Source: Candidatus Gygaella obscura (GTDB lineage: Bacteria; Omnitrophota; Gorgyraeia; Gygaellales; Gygaellaceae). From it: DNA of 64,000 nucleotides. Shown here in pieces: positions 9,999-20,721 of this stretch. Within the stretch, counting starts at the first letter, position 1, and each line of letters starts with the position of its first letter. The stretch covers positions 166,289 through 230,288 of the forward strand of contig JAVCCR010000032.1 in assembly GCA_030765485.1 (NCBI GenBank), in the 5' to 3' direction. The notes under the pieces are model-generated. The model saw only the letters and a list, made by a program, of their open reading frames with translations. It had not been told where the DNA came from and made no database searches. Both the position numbers and the translations under genes were made by a program.

Positions 9999-10027
9999 TT
10001 GACAACAGGTTTTGACTCTGATATATT
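9999..10027 (+). promoter_or_regulatory. sigma70-type promoter for mre operon
   Basis: TTGACA (9999-10004), 17-nt spacer, TG-a-TATATT (10022-10027). Confidence 0.65.
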
Positions 10028-10054
10028 TAACACATTAAACAATTGGAGTTAAAA

Positions 10055-11143
10055 ATGGCAAGAGGAAGATTCCGAAATTTCAAGTTGGTAGAACGTGGTA
10101 AAGACTTCCTGAGTTATCTGTTAGGTCTTTTTTCTAATGATATGGGTATTGATTTAGGTACTGCAACTACTTTAGTCTATGCTAAGGGAGAGGGTGTTGT
10201 TTTATGTGAACCTTCTGTAGTTGCTGTAGAAAAAGGAAAAAATCATGTTTTAGCAGTTGGCCAAGAGGGTAAGCGTATGTTAGGTAGGACTCCTGGTAAT
10301 ATCATTGCCATAAGGCCGATGAAAGATGGAGTTATTGCTGATTTTGAGATAACTGAGGCAATGCTTCGTTATTTTATAAAAAAGGTTCATAATCGTCAGG
10401 TTTTGGTAAGACCCAGAATGGTTATTGCTATTCCCTCGGGTATTACAGAAGTGGAAAAAAGAGCGGTTAAAGATTCTGCTGAACGTGCTGGTGCACGTGA
10501 GGTATATTTGGTGGAAGAGCCTGTGGCCGCAGCAATTGGTGTGGGGCTTCCCATATCAGAGCCGACCGCAAGTATGATTATAGATATTGGTGGCGGTACA
10601 AGTGAAATTGCAGTTATTTCTTTAGGAGGCATAGTTAATTCAAAGTCTATTCGTATTGGCGGCGATGAAATGGATCAGGCTGTAAGTGAATATTTAAAAA
10701 AGACCTATAATCTGATGGTTGGTGAGCGTACCGCAGAAGAAATAAAGATAAAAATTGGTTCGGCTTTTTCTTTGGATGAAGAAAAAAGCATAGAGGTAAG
10801 AGGTCGCGATCTGATAGTGGGGCTTCCAAAAACTGTTACGATTACCTCAGAAGAAATCAGAGATGCGCTTAAAGAAACTATTAGTGCTATTATTGATGCA
10901 GTTAAGATGGTTTTGGAGAGAACTCCGCCGGAACTTTCCTCTGATTTGATAGAATTAGGTATTGTTATGGCTGGAGGAGGGTCACTTTTAAAAGGGTTGG
11001 ATAGAATAATCTCTGATGAGACTGGTCTCCCTGTTCATATAGCAGATGACCCTATAACAGCGGTTGTTTTGGGTACAGGCAAGATACTTAATGAAATACG
11101 TTATTTAAAAAGAGTTACCGTCCCTTCACGTATTGAAATCTAA
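10055..11143 (+). CDS. mreB: Rod shape-determining protein MreB
   Basis: [29 protein letters not shown]; ATG 10055 follows SD GGAG. Confidence 0.97.
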   Translation: MARGRFRNFKLVERGKDFLSYLLGLFSNDMGIDLGTATTLVYAKGEGVVLCEPSVVAVEKGKNHVLAVGQEGKRMLGRTPGNIIAIRPMKDGVIADFEITEAMLRYFIKKVHNRQVLVRPRMVIAIPSGITEVEKRAVKDSAERAGAREVYLVEEPVAAAIGVGLPISEPTASMIIDIGGGTSEIAVISLGGIVNSKSIRIGGDEMDQAVSEYLKKTYNLMVGERTAEEIKIKIGSAFSLDEEKSIEVRGRDLIVGLPKTVTITSEEIRDALKETISAIIDAVKMVLERTPPELSSDLIELGIVMAGGGSLLKGLDRIISDETGLPVHIADDPITAVVLGTGKILNEIRYLKRVTVPSRIEI

Positions 11144-11152
11144 AAAAATGTA

Positions 11153-11935
11153 GTGAAATTAAAGAAGAAAAACCTCGCTGTTTTTTTTGCAATAACAATT
11201 CTAGCTTTATTTATTCTTCCTTTTTTTTCTTTTCTAAAGACTCCGACACACATTGCGCTTAAGTATCCTTTATATGTTGTGAAGTTTTTTCAACAAGAGG
11301 TAAAGGCTTTTTTTATGTTTCACGTGAACATGCAGGAAAACAAGCGGTTAAAGGTGCAGCAGAATAAACTTATTCATAGAATTATAATGCTTAGGGAGTT
11401 GGAAGCAGAAAATAACAGACTTAAAGACCTTTTGGATTTCACTCAGCGTCAAAAGGGTGAGTTTATTTATGCCAGGGTTATTACCAGGGATTCATCGAAT
11501 TTAGTATCCAGTTTATTAATCGATAAAGGTACATTAAGCGGCATAAAAGATGGAATGCCGGTAGTTAATAATTTAGGACTTGTCGGTCGTGTTACCCAGG
11601 CAGGTGTTTTTACCAGTAGGGTGGTATTGATTAACGATACTAGGCTTTTTGTGCCAGCAATAATCCAGCGCAGCCGTATTCAGGGTTTAGTTTCTGGAAG
11701 GCTTGACGGTAATCTGGCAATGAATTATATAGAAAAGGATAGCGATATTGCTTTAAAAGATGTTGTTGTCACTTCCGGTCTTGTTGAATCTGAAGCTAAA
11801 AGCATATATCCCAAAGGTATTCCTATCGGAGCGATTGTTCAGATTGTTCAGGAATCAAAGGGTGGGATGCTTACCGTATACATAAAGCCTTTCATTGATA
11901 TTAATTCTCTCGAAGAAGTCTTGATAATAAAATAA
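11153..11935 (+). CDS. mreC: Rod shape-determining protein MreC
   Basis: TM helix, coiled coil (EN.RL..LL), IDKG..GI..GMPV..GLVGRV, VVTSG..YPKGIPIG. Confidence 0.93.
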   Translation: MKLKKKNLAVFFAITILALFILPFFSFLKTPTHIALKYPLYVVKFFQQEVKAFFMFHVNMQENKRLKVQQNKLIHRIIMLRELEAENNRLKDLLDFTQRQKGEFIYARVITRDSSNLVSSLLIDKGTLSGIKDGMPVVNNLGLVGRVTQAGVFTSRVVLINDTRLFVPAIIQRSRIQGLVSGRLDGNLAMNYIEKDSDIALKDVVVTSGLVESEAKSIYPKGIPIGAIVQIVQESKGGMLTVYIKPFIDINSLEEVLIIK

Positions 11936-11940
11936 TTATT

Positions 11941-12504
11941 ATGAGATTTATCGAACAATTATCGAAAAGAATTAAACAGATTTTAAAAAATAACGGATTT
12001 AATTTTTCTCTTGTCAAAAGAGACAATTTATTAAAGCTTGTCACGCTTACGATTTTATTACTGGTTTTTGAAAATAGCTTCCTGGAATGGTTTAAAATTT
12101 TTGGCGTTAGGCCTAATCTTGCTTTATGCCTTATTGTTTTTTTAAGTTTTACTCAAGAGTCTGCGGTAGTTTTATTGGTTGTGCTTTTAGCTGGGATTAT
12201 TAAGGATAGTTTTTCCGGATTCATATTCGGATTAAACTTGATTACTTTTTTTTCTACAATGTTTTTATGCTTTGAGATAAAAAGAAGATTATTTGTGCAG
12301 AAAATCATTATATTTATCCTGGTCGCTTTATTGGGAATATGGATATCCTTTTTTATCTTTTGCTTTTATTCTTTTATTTATGAGTTAAATTATAATTTCT
12401 TTAGAGTGTTTTTTATGACGTTTATGGAGTCTTTGTATAGTTGTGCAGTATTTTATTTAATATTAAAATATTTAAGAAAATGCGTACCAGGTCTGTTTAT
12501 CTGA
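11941..12504 (+). CDS. mreD: Rod shape-determining protein MreD
   Basis: Polytopic membrane protein with GVRPNL and G..KD.FSG; lies between mreC and mrdA. Confidence 0.8.
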   Translation: MRFIEQLSKRIKQILKNNGFNFSLVKRDNLLKLVTLTILLLVFENSFLEWFKIFGVRPNLALCLIVFLSFTQESAVVLLVVLLAGIIKDSFSGFIFGLNLITFFSTMFLCFEIKRRLFVQKIIIFILVALLGIWISFFIFCFYSFIYELNYNFFRVFFMTFMESLYSCAVFYLILKYLRKCVPGLFI

Positions 12505-14180
12505 TATTTTTAGGAATTTTTTCTTTTATCGTCTTAGGACTGTTTTATGCCCAGGTCATTAGAGGCAATCACTATTCAAGGCTTAGTTACCATAATTATA
12601 TCCGTATTTTTCCCGAGGAAGGCATAAGAGGTAGAATTTTAGATAAAGATAATCGTCTGATTGCTGAGAATCAGGTTAGTTTCGATTGCTATGTTAATCT
12701 TAGGCAGACTGGGGATGAAGTAATTTCGTTTTTAAGCAGACATCTGGATCTTTCCAAACAAGAGATAAAAAGAAAGATAAAAAGAAATCTAAAATCTCAA
12801 GACTTGCCTGTTTTAATATATAAAGGTCTATCCAAAGAAAAAGCGTTTCTTATAAAAGAAAATTCTTTAAGCTATCCAGCAGTTTTAGTTAAGTTTAATC
12901 ATTCGCGGTTTTATCCTTATGCAGAAGCTACAAGTCATATCAGCGGGTATTTAGGGCAAATCAGCAAAAGTTTAATTACAAAATTAAAGGATTATGGTTA
13001 CAGTACGCAGGATTTTATCGGTTATGGCGGAGTGGAACAGGCAATGGATAAATTTTTAAGATCCGAATCTGGGGGTAGTCAGATTCAAGTTGATTCTCGT
13101 GGTAGACAGATTGCACTTTTAGGTTTTAAGGCTGCCAATGATGGTTTGGATGTTAGACTCACCGTGGATGTGAGAATGCAGACGATCGCATACAATGTAC
13201 TAAAAAAATATAAAGGGGCGATTGTAATACTTGAGCCTGATACGGGTAAGGTTTTGGCAATGGTTAGTAGTCCTGCCTTTGATGCCAATGTGTTTATTCA
13301 GGGTAAGGATAGCCATAAAATCAGTGAGATATTAACTGATAAGAATTCTTGTTTGTTAAATCGGGCAATAAGCGCATCTTATCCGCCAGCATCGATCTTT
13401 AAGTTGGTTGTGGCTTCATCTGGTTTGGATAATAATAAGATTAGTCTTGAGGATACATTCAATTGTAATGGAGCTTTAAGGATAGGCAATAGAAGTTTTA
13501 GTTGTTCAGGGGTTCACGGTGTACAGAATTTGGAAGATGCTATTGCTAATTCCTGCAACGTGTTTTTTTATAATCTAGGTTTAAGAATTGGAGCACGGGC
13601 CATAATTGAAGCTGCACATAGGTTTAGACTTGGCAAAAAGACCGGAATAGATCTGCCATATGAGGTAAGTGGTTTTTTGCCCAGTCTTTTATCGAATAAG
13701 CTGCTTTTAAAAAAGTGGTATTCAGGAGATACTGCTAATATTTCCATAGGCCAGGGTGAGTTACTTGTTACACCTTTACAGGCAGCGCGTCTAATTTCGA
13801 TTTTTGCTAATTACGGTAAATTGGTTAAACCTTATATTATCGAGAGTATTGCTGGTGTAGATAATTTTTTGCCTCAAGTTACAAAATTGGATTTTGAAAA
13901 AAATGTAATTGCTACGGTAAGATCAGCCTTACGTAGGACTGTAACCGATACAAATGGAACTGCGAAAATAATGAATATGAATAGATTGTCAGTTGCCGGT
14001 AAGACTGGTACAGCGCAGGTAGGAAACAAACGTTCCCACGGTTGGTTTGTTGGTTTTGCACCTTATGATGAGCCTAAGATTGCTTTTTGTGTATTCTTAG
14101 AAAACGCCGGTTCTAGTTATCGTTCTTGTCAGGTTGCACGAAAAATGTTGGAGTTGTTTATAAAAGAAAATTTATTATGA
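12480..14180 (+). CDS. mrdA: Penicillin-binding protein 2
   Basis: RGRILD, R.YP, SxxK (ASIFK), SCN, KTGTAQ; likely start ATG 12480. Confidence 0.93.
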   Translation: MRTRSVYLIFLGIFSFIVLGLFYAQVIRGNHYSRLSYHNYIRIFPEEGIRGRILDKDNRLIAENQVSFDCYVNLRQTGDEVISFLSRHLDLSKQEIKRKIKRNLKSQDLPVLIYKGLSKEKAFLIKENSLSYPAVLVKFNHSRFYPYAEATSHISGYLGQISKSLITKLKDYGYSTQDFIGYGGVEQAMDKFLRSESGGSQIQVDSRGRQIALLGFKAANDGLDVRLTVDVRMQTIAYNVLKKYKGAIVILEPDTGKVLAMVSSPAFDANVFIQGKDSHKISEILTDKNSCLLNRAISASYPPASIFKLVVASSGLDNNKISLEDTFNCNGALRIGNRSFSCSGVHGVQNLEDAIANSCNVFFYNLGLRIGARAIIEAAHRFRLGKKTGIDLPYEVSGFLPSLLSNKLLLKKWYSGDTANISIGQGELLVTPLQAARLISIFANYGKLVKPYIIESIAGVDNFLPQVTKLDFEKNVIATVRSALRRTVTDTNGTAKIMNMNRLSVAGKTGTAQVGNKRSHGWFVGFAPYDEPKIAFCVFLENAGSSYRSCQVARKMLELFIKENLL

Positions 14181-15301
14181 GAAAGAATTTTTCAATAATA
14201 CTGATTCCGGTTGTTATTTGTCTTATTGGTATATTTTCCATTTATACCAATACCTATTTGAGTGATAATTTTGTTGTAGGTTCGAGTTCGTTAATAGATA
14301 AAATTAATAGTTTTTTTAATATATTAGTCGGTAAACAGATTGTTTGGCTTTTAATAAGTCTATGCGTATATTGGCTGGTTAGCTGTATTTATTACCGTAG
14401 GCTATATGATGTAGCATATTTTCTTTATGCATTTTTATTGCTTTTGCTTGTATTTGTTTTTGTGTTAGGGATAGTTAGGCTCGGCGCGCAACGGTGGTTA
14501 AAGATAGGATTTTTTAATTTCCAGCCATCGGAATTTGCTAAAATATGTATTGTGTTAGTGATGGCAAGGTATTTTGATTACAGGCGGTTAAAAAATATTA
14601 AATTATTTGATGTTGATTTTGCAAGAGGTTTTGTTTTGCCTGTTGTGATAGTAGGTATACCTTGTTTTCTAATCGCCAAGCAACCGGATCTTGGCTCGGC
14701 TATTATTGTTTTTTTGATATTAGTTTCTATTCTTTATGTAAAAGGATTTTCTTTGAAATGGTTTTTATTATTAGCGATTTTGTTTTTAATAGCTTTTCCT
14801 TTTGTCTGGAGTTTCCTTGAGGGATATCAAAAGCAACGATTGCTTGTTTTTGTAAATCCGAATATGGATCCTTTGGGCGCAGGTTATACAGTAATTCAGT
14901 CAAAGATTGCCGTTGGTTCCGGTGGTTTTTTTGGCAAGGGTTGGCTTTCGGGAACGCAGAGCCAGTTGCATTTTCTGCCTGAAGCCCACACGGATTTTAT
15001 ATTCGCAACCTGGGCTGAGGAGAGGGGATTTTTCGGATCAGCAATCTTGGTAACGCTTTATGCTCTATTAATAAAAAGTATTATTGATGTAGGCTTAAAG
15101 GCAAAAGATAATTTTGCAAAGTTGATCTGTGTTGGCATTGCCAGTATGTTTGGGTTCCAGATCAGCATAAATATTCTTATGACAATTGGACTTTCTCCGG
15201 TAGTAGGTCTTCCTTTACCATTTATGAGTTACGGCGGTTCATCTCTTTTGATAAGTTTTATTTCTTTGGGAATAATCTCTAATATCAAAAATAATCTTTA
15301 A
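14177..15301 (+). CDS. rodA: Rod shape-determining SEDS protein RodA
   Basis: GAQRW, QPSEFAK, QPDLG, LPEAHTDFIF, LPFMSYGGSS; ATGA overlap with mrdA stop. Confidence 0.95.
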   Translation: MRKNFSIILIPVVICLIGIFSIYTNTYLSDNFVVGSSSLIDKINSFFNILVGKQIVWLLISLCVYWLVSCIYYRRLYDVAYFLYAFLLLLLVFVFVLGIVRLGAQRWLKIGFFNFQPSEFAKICIVLVMARYFDYRRLKNIKLFDVDFARGFVLPVVIVGIPCFLIAKQPDLGSAIIVFLILVSILYVKGFSLKWFLLLAILFLIAFPFVWSFLEGYQKQRLLVFVNPNMDPLGAGYTVIQSKIAVGSGGFFGKGWLSGTQSQLHFLPEAHTDFIFATWAEERGFFGSAILVTLYALLIKSIIDVGLKAKDNFAKLICVGIASMFGFQISINILMTIGLSPVVGLPLPFMSYGGSSLLISFISLGIISNIKNNL

Positions 15302-15302
15302 A

Positions 15303-17036
15303 ATGAATCTATCTGACGTTAGAAAACCGGCAAGATATATTGGCAGGGAATGGAATCTTACAAAAAAGAATTTGGATTCTTGTAAGATAAAGATTGCGCT
15401 TTGTTATCCGGATATGTACGAATTGGGAATGAGTAATCTTGGATTTAGAATTATCTATGGGTTATTGAATAAGCAAAAGGATACTTTTTGTGATAGGGTT
15501 TTTACCCCTACTGATGATTATCTGGAATATTTAAAAAAACAAGAACGTAAATTTGCCGCATTAGACTCTGGGCTTTTATTAAACGAATTCGATATTTTAG
15601 GTTTTTCTTTAGGTTGCGAATTAATCTTTACTAATGTATTGACAGTTCTTTCTCTTGCTGGTTTGCCTTTGCGCAGTTGTGATAGAGATGAAAGTTTTCC
15701 TTTAGTGATTGCCGGAGGGCCATGTGCAGTAAATCCTGAACCGATGAGTGAATTTATCGATCTATTCGTAATTGGCGAGGCAGAAGAGGCAATAAAAGAA
15801 ATTTTAAGTTGTTTTATGAAAAATTCTCATAATAAAAAAGAATTATTAAAAAAGATGTCTTTTATAAAAGGAGTCTATGTGCCTTCACTTTATGAGGTTT
15901 TTTATGATAAAGATGCATCTTTAAATAAAATTATACCCAAACAAAAGAGTGTACCTGCAGAAATTCATAAACGCGTGGTAAAGAATTTTAATAAAAGTTA
16001 TTTTCCTGTTAATTGGGTTGTTCCTTTTATTCAAATCGTACATGATAGAGTATCATTAGAAATTATGCGCGGATGTCCCAACAGTTGTCGTTTTTGCCAG
16101 GCGAGGAATATTTATTTCCCCTTTAGATTAAGAAAGCTAAATACTATAATAGATCTTGCCCGAAAAACATTTAAACACAGCGGCTATGAAGAGATTGGCC
16201 TGTGCGGATTATCTGTAAGTGATCACTATCAGATACGGAAATTGATTAAAAAGCTTGTCGGTTGTTTTAAGGAAAAAGGAGTGTCGCTTTCTTTATCAAG
16301 CATGCGCGCAGATATTCTTCTTGGCGGTTCTTTTTCTGAACTTGCCAGTATAAAAAAAACAGGTCTTACTTTTGCTTTAGAGGCTGCCAGCGAGAGATTG
16401 CAGAAAAAAATAAATAAGAATATCAATATGGATAAGTTTTTTTCTTTGGCCGGTCAAAGTATCGATAAGGGATGGCGGAAGATAAAATTATATTTTATGG
16501 TTGGTTTTCCTGATGAGACAGAGGATGATTTAAAAGGTATTATTGAGATTGTCGATAGGTTGCTTAAAATGAGATCTGAATCAGGAGGTAGATTTATTAA
16601 AATCAATTTAAGCGTTAATCCGTTTATTCCCAAACCGCATACTCCTTTTCAGTGGGTAGGAATGGAGTCAATGGAAAGTTTAAAAGCAAAAAAAATGTTT
16701 TTATTGAAAGGTTTAAATGCGCTTTCTAAGAATAGGATTAATTTTACTTTTCATAATGTTGAAACGAGTTTTTTGGAGGCGGTTCTTTCTCGGGGAGACA
16801 GAAGAGTTTCTAAAGCTATTCTCGCAGCCTGGAATAAGGGAGCAAGATTTGATGCTTGGAGCGAATTTTTTGATTTTAAGATTTGGCAGCAGGCATTTGC
16901 AGAATCTAAGATTGATCCTAATTTATTTGCAAACCGTAATATTGCTTTAAGCGAAAGACTTGCTTGGGATCATATTAAAATCTCACCTAATAAGGCCTTT
17001 CTGGTCAAAGAATTTAAAGACAGTCAAAAATACTAA
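15303..17036 (+). CDS. B12-binding radical SAM protein (TIGR03960-like family)
   Basis: KPARYIG.E.N, YPD.YELGMSNLG, RGCPNSCRFC, KLYFMVG, FIPKPHTPFQW, GARFDAW. Confidence 0.9.
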   Translation: MNLSDVRKPARYIGREWNLTKKNLDSCKIKIALCYPDMYELGMSNLGFRIIYGLLNKQKDTFCDRVFTPTDDYLEYLKKQERKFAALDSGLLLNEFDILGFSLGCELIFTNVLTVLSLAGLPLRSCDRDESFPLVIAGGPCAVNPEPMSEFIDLFVIGEAEEAIKEILSCFMKNSHNKKELLKKMSFIKGVYVPSLYEVFYDKDASLNKIIPKQKSVPAEIHKRVVKNFNKSYFPVNWVVPFIQIVHDRVSLEIMRGCPNSCRFCQARNIYFPFRLRKLNTIIDLARKTFKHSGYEEIGLCGLSVSDHYQIRKLIKKLVGCFKEKGVSLSLSSMRADILLGGSFSELASIKKTGLTFALEAASERLQKKINKNINMDKFFSLAGQSIDKGWRKIKLYFMVGFPDETEDDLKGIIEIVDRLLKMRSESGGRFIKINLSVNPFIPKPHTPFQWVGMESMESLKAKKMFLLKGLNALSKNRINFTFHNVETSFLEAVLSRGDRRVSKAILAAWNKGARFDAWSEFFDFKIWQQAFAESKIDPNLFANRNIALSERLAWDHIKISPNKAFLVKEFKDSQKY

Positions 17037-17064
17037 AAATTCAACCCAAAAAAGTTAAAACCTA

Positions 17065-17093
17065 TTGACAAACAAAGGATTATGAAATATAGT
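17065..17093 (+). promoter_or_regulatory. sigma70-type promoter heading the c-di-GMP/pilus locus
   Basis: TTGACA (17065-17070), 17-nt spacer, TATAGT (17088-17093); SD AAGGAGG before ATG 17131. Confidence 0.7.
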
Positions 17094-17130
17094 ATTATTT
17101 AGATTAACATAATTTTAAGGAGGCATTTAT

Positions 17131-18534
17131 ATGATTAAATTATTTAAAAAAACCTCTATTTCTTCCCGGGGCTTACGCAGTAAACTGGCTGTTGCTTTTG
17201 CTTTAACTTCGACTATTCCTATACTAATCAGCGTTTATTTATTAACACAAATTACTGATATCTCTAAATTGGATTCACGTATTGGTGTGTTTCTTTTTCT
17301 GAGTCTGGTAATTGCTGTTATCGGCTATTTTGTTTTAAATACTATAGTCAGCTCGATTATTAGAACCAGCAAAAAAGCCAATGCCTATATAAACGGAAAA
17401 ACCTTTGGAGGAATGAAAATTTCCACCGATGATGAGATTTCTGATTTGAATAAAGCTATTGATAAGCTTAACGACCGTATACGCGATAATATGGATAAGC
17501 TAAGTTTTTATGATAAACAAAGCAAGCTTGTAGGTATGGATTTAAACAAAAAAATCATTGCGCTTTCAAGTCTTTTACAGATTGGAAGTTTTATTTCTTC
17601 AACCAATAATATCGATGATATTTTTTCGTTGGTTGTCGGAAAGCTGGCCAATATTGAGTCTAGCTTCGAAGTTTTTTTATTTCTGCATAATAAAAGTAAT
17701 GAGTATACGCTTGATTTTGCATCTAACCAGGAAAAAATTAAATCAAATGTTTTTACCTTATCAACCGATTCAAGAAAAATCGTTCAGGCTATTTCTAGCA
17801 ATGAGCCTTTAAGGCTTGATGTTTCTCGTTCCGAATCAAAAACCCTGGAGCGATTGGGAGAAATATTCAATATCCGCAATATAGTTATCTTTCCTATCTT
17901 TGCCTGCGAGGAGACTAAAGGGATTCTTGTAGTAGGTAGCACTAAAGGAGATTATATTTTTGAAGCATCAGATATTGAGCTTATAAGACTATTTTCTAGA
18001 CAAGTTGCTATTTCACTTGAGAAGAATCAGCTTTTTACCAAGGCAAAAAAACTGGAAGTTAAAGACGGGTTAACTGGTTTATATAATGAGCATTTTATAC
18101 GCAGCCGTCTAGAGGAAGAGATAAAACGTGCATTTATTTCTCAGAGGCCGTGTTCTTTTGTTCTTTTGACTGTAGATAGGTTTCAGGATTATCAGCAGCG
18201 CAAGGGTCAGGATGGTGCGGAGAGTTCTTTAAAACATATCGCTACTTTATTAAAAGAATCTTCTCGCGAGATTGATAAACCAGGACGATTTGGATATTCT
18301 GATTTCGCGATACTGCTTCCTGAAATGAATAAAAAGGAAGCGATTGCTCTAGCGGAAGAGGTTAGACAAAAGGTGGCTTTTATTTTTAAGGAAGAGGAAG
18401 ATGTAAAACTTCGTTTGACAATTTCAGCTGCCGTAAGTGAGAATCCCATAGATGGAATAAAAGCAGAAGAATTGATTATACATGCAAGGAATCTTTTGGC
18501 TAATAAAAACTCAGATAATAAGGTTTTTCGCTGA
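17131..18534 (+). CDS. 2TM-HAMP-GAF-GGDEF protein with degenerate active site
   Basis: Two TM helices, HAMP (DDEISDL..AI..L), GAF, DGLTGLYN; active site reads RFGYSDF and is preceded by RxxD (REID). Confidence 0.85.
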   Translation: MIKLFKKTSISSRGLRSKLAVAFALTSTIPILISVYLLTQITDISKLDSRIGVFLFLSLVIAVIGYFVLNTIVSSIIRTSKKANAYINGKTFGGMKISTDDEISDLNKAIDKLNDRIRDNMDKLSFYDKQSKLVGMDLNKKIIALSSLLQIGSFISSTNNIDDIFSLVVGKLANIESSFEVFLFLHNKSNEYTLDFASNQEKIKSNVFTLSTDSRKIVQAISSNEPLRLDVSRSESKTLERLGEIFNIRNIVIFPIFACEETKGILVVGSTKGDYIFEASDIELIRLFSRQVAISLEKNQLFTKAKKLEVKDGLTGLYNEHFIRSRLEEEIKRAFISQRPCSFVLLTVDRFQDYQQRKGQDGAESSLKHIATLLKESSREIDKPGRFGYSDFAILLPEMNKKEAIALAEEVRQKVAFIFKEEEDVKLRLTISAAVSENPIDGIKAEELIIHARNLLANKNSDNKVFR

Positions 18535-18536
18535 TA

Positions 18537-18986
18537 ATGTTTTCTCCATTTAGAAAGGTTGTCAATAAACAATTAGGTGAATTGCTGGTAGAGCATAAGA
18601 TTATAAGTGAGGCGCAGTTGAAGAAGGCGCTAGCTTTGCAAAGCCAGCGTTGCGGTGCTTTGATTGGTGAATTAATAGTAGAGCTGGGTTATGCCAAGGA
18701 AGAAGATATTGCTAATACCTTAGCTGCCCAGTACGGTTTTCCTTATTTGCCTTTGGATAATTATTCTGTTGATGAGAATATCGTAAAACTTATACCGAAA
18801 AATGTTGCAAATCAGTATTGCTTATTAGCGATAGACAAATTGGGTAATTCTATCGTTGTAGCAACAAGTAATCCTTTGAATACTCAGGCGATTGAAGACG
18901 TCGAGTATATAACCAATTGCGATGTCCGTGTTTTTATCAGTACAGCCACGAGCATCAGGGGCAAGATTAAAGAATACTACCAATAG
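18537..18986 (+). CDS. Stand-alone MshEN / T2SSE_N domain protein
   Basis: QLGELLVEHKIISEAQLKKALALQ and LIGELIVELGY..L..Q tandem motifs plus the PilB N1-type subdomain; no ATPase domain. Confidence 0.85.
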   Translation: MFSPFRKVVNKQLGELLVEHKIISEAQLKKALALQSQRCGALIGELIVELGYAKEEDIANTLAAQYGFPYLPLDNYSVDENIVKLIPKNVANQYCLLAIDKLGNSIVVATSNPLNTQAIEDVEYITNCDVRVFISTATSIRGKIKEYYQ

Positions 18987-18989
18987 TAA

Positions 18990-20717
18990 ATGGCAACATT
19001 AAAAGAAAACCTAACTAATATTCTTATTGATAATAGCCTTATTACCCGTGAGAATTTAGAAAAAGCCATTTCTACCCAGAAACAACAAGGCGGCAGTCTT
19101 AGTCAAATTCTTATAGATTCTGGAAATGTAAAAGAAAAAGATCTAGTTATTGCCTTAAGTCAAGGTTTAGGTATTCCTCCTATTAATTTAAATAAAATCA
19201 AAGTTGATAAAAAAGTAGTTAAACTGATATCTAAAGATGTTGCGCAGCGTTATTTAATCCTGCCGATTTCTCAGGTTGGGACAACGTTAACTGTGGCTAT
19301 GGCTGATCCTTTGAACGTTTTTACACTGGATGATCTAAAGGTTCTTACGAATATGAAGATTAATCCTGTGATTACTACGGCTAATGATATCAAAGACGCT
19401 ATCAAGATTTATTATGAACAATCCCAGCAGGTGGATGGTGTTAAAATAGATGATATCATTAAGAATATTTCTTCTCCGGATATAGAGTTAGTTAATGATT
19501 CTGGCAAAACGGAAGAAAATATTAGTTTTATGCATATGATCGATGAGGCACCTATTGTAAAAATAACCAATAGGTTTCTTACTGATGCGGTTAAGCTTAG
19601 CGCAAGCGATATTTTGTTTGAGCCTTTTGAGAAGACAACCCGTGTAAGATGCAGGGTAGACGGCGCCTTAAGAGAAATCGAGACTCTGCCTAAGTATATG
19701 CATGAGGCCATAGTATCGCGTACCAAGGTAATTTCCGGGCTTGATATTTCCGAACATAGGCTTCCTCAGGATGGCCGTTTTAAGATAAAATTCCAGAGTC
19801 GGGAAGTCGATTTTAGAATTTCAATTCTGCCTTCTGTTTTCGGAGAAAAGGTTGCTTTGCGTGTTTTAGATAAAACAACTGCAATGCTTGATGTTGAAAA
19901 GCTTAATTTTTCCGACCATAATTTAAATACCATTAAACATTGTTCTTCTTTCCCGCATGGCATGATGCTTGTCTGTGGTCCTACGGGTTCGGGCAAGACC
20001 ACAACACTTTATTCAATTCTTAAATATGTGGATAGTCCTGAAAAAAATATTGTAACTGTAGAAGATCCTGTAGAATATCAGCTTAATGGAGTAAATCAGG
20101 TTACTTGTCGGATTGATATTGGTTTGACATTTGCTGCGGCCTTACGTTCAATATTAAGACAAGACCCTGATATTATTATGGTTGGTGAGATTAGAGATTT
20201 TGAGACTTTGGATATATCCATAAAATCAGCTCTTACAGGGCATATGGTTTTAAGTACACTTCATACTACTACTGCTTCTGGGTCTATAATTAGGATGTTG
20301 AATATGGGGGCAGAACCTTTTTTGATTACGTCCTGCGTAGTGGGTATTATTGCTCAAAGATTGGTGCGTAAGCTTTGTCCGAAATGTAAAGAATCATATA
20401 AGCCATCAAAGGCGGTTTTGGATACTTTAAGCATAAAAGACGATATTAATGAAAATGTTAATTTTTGTCGGCCTAAAGGTTGCCCGGAATGTTTTAATGT
20501 CGGGTACCGCGGAAGAATTGCTATTTGTGAAGTACTTGTATTAACCCATGAAGTAAAGGGTTTGATTTTAAAGCGGGCGCAGGAACATCAGATAAAAAAA
20601 ATGGCTAGGTCTCAAGGGATGCGTACGTTAAGAGAAGATGGGATAGATAAGATAATTACCGGATTAACTACACCAGAGGAAGTTTTAAAGGTAACCGCTT
20701 CAGACGCAAAGGCTTAA
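18990..20717 (+). CDS. pilB: Type IV pilus / T2SS assembly ATPase (PilB/GspE family), copy 1
   Basis: ASDI, RCRVDG, PQDGR, GPTGSGKTTT, TVEDPVE, LRQDPD..MVGEIRD, TGH.VLSTLHT, CPKC..CPEC. Confidence 0.9.
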   Translation: MATLKENLTNILIDNSLITRENLEKAISTQKQQGGSLSQILIDSGNVKEKDLVIALSQGLGIPPINLNKIKVDKKVVKLISKDVAQRYLILPISQVGTTLTVAMADPLNVFTLDDLKVLTNMKINPVITTANDIKDAIKIYYEQSQQVDGVKIDDIIKNISSPDIELVNDSGKTEENISFMHMIDEAPIVKITNRFLTDAVKLSASDILFEPFEKTTRVRCRVDGALREIETLPKYMHEAIVSRTKVISGLDISEHRLPQDGRFKIKFQSREVDFRISILPSVFGEKVALRVLDKTTAMLDVEKLNFSDHNLNTIKHCSSFPHGMMLVCGPTGSGKTTTLYSILKYVDSPEKNIVTVEDPVEYQLNGVNQVTCRIDIGLTFAAALRSILRQDPDIIMVGEIRDFETLDISIKSALTGHMVLSTLHTTTASGSIIRMLNMGAEPFLITSCVVGIIAQRLVRKLCPKCKESYKPSKAVLDTLSIKDDINENVNFCRPKGCPECFNVGYRGRIAICEVLVLTHEVKGLILKRAQEHQIKKMARSQGMRTLREDGIDKIITGLTTPEEVLKVTASDAKA

Positions 20718-20721
20718 TAAT

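Noticed and set aside
17037-17130. c-di-GMP riboswitch ahead of the pilus locus
   Set aside because: Only about 30 nt lie between the predicted TSS and the ATG, with no GEMM-like stems.
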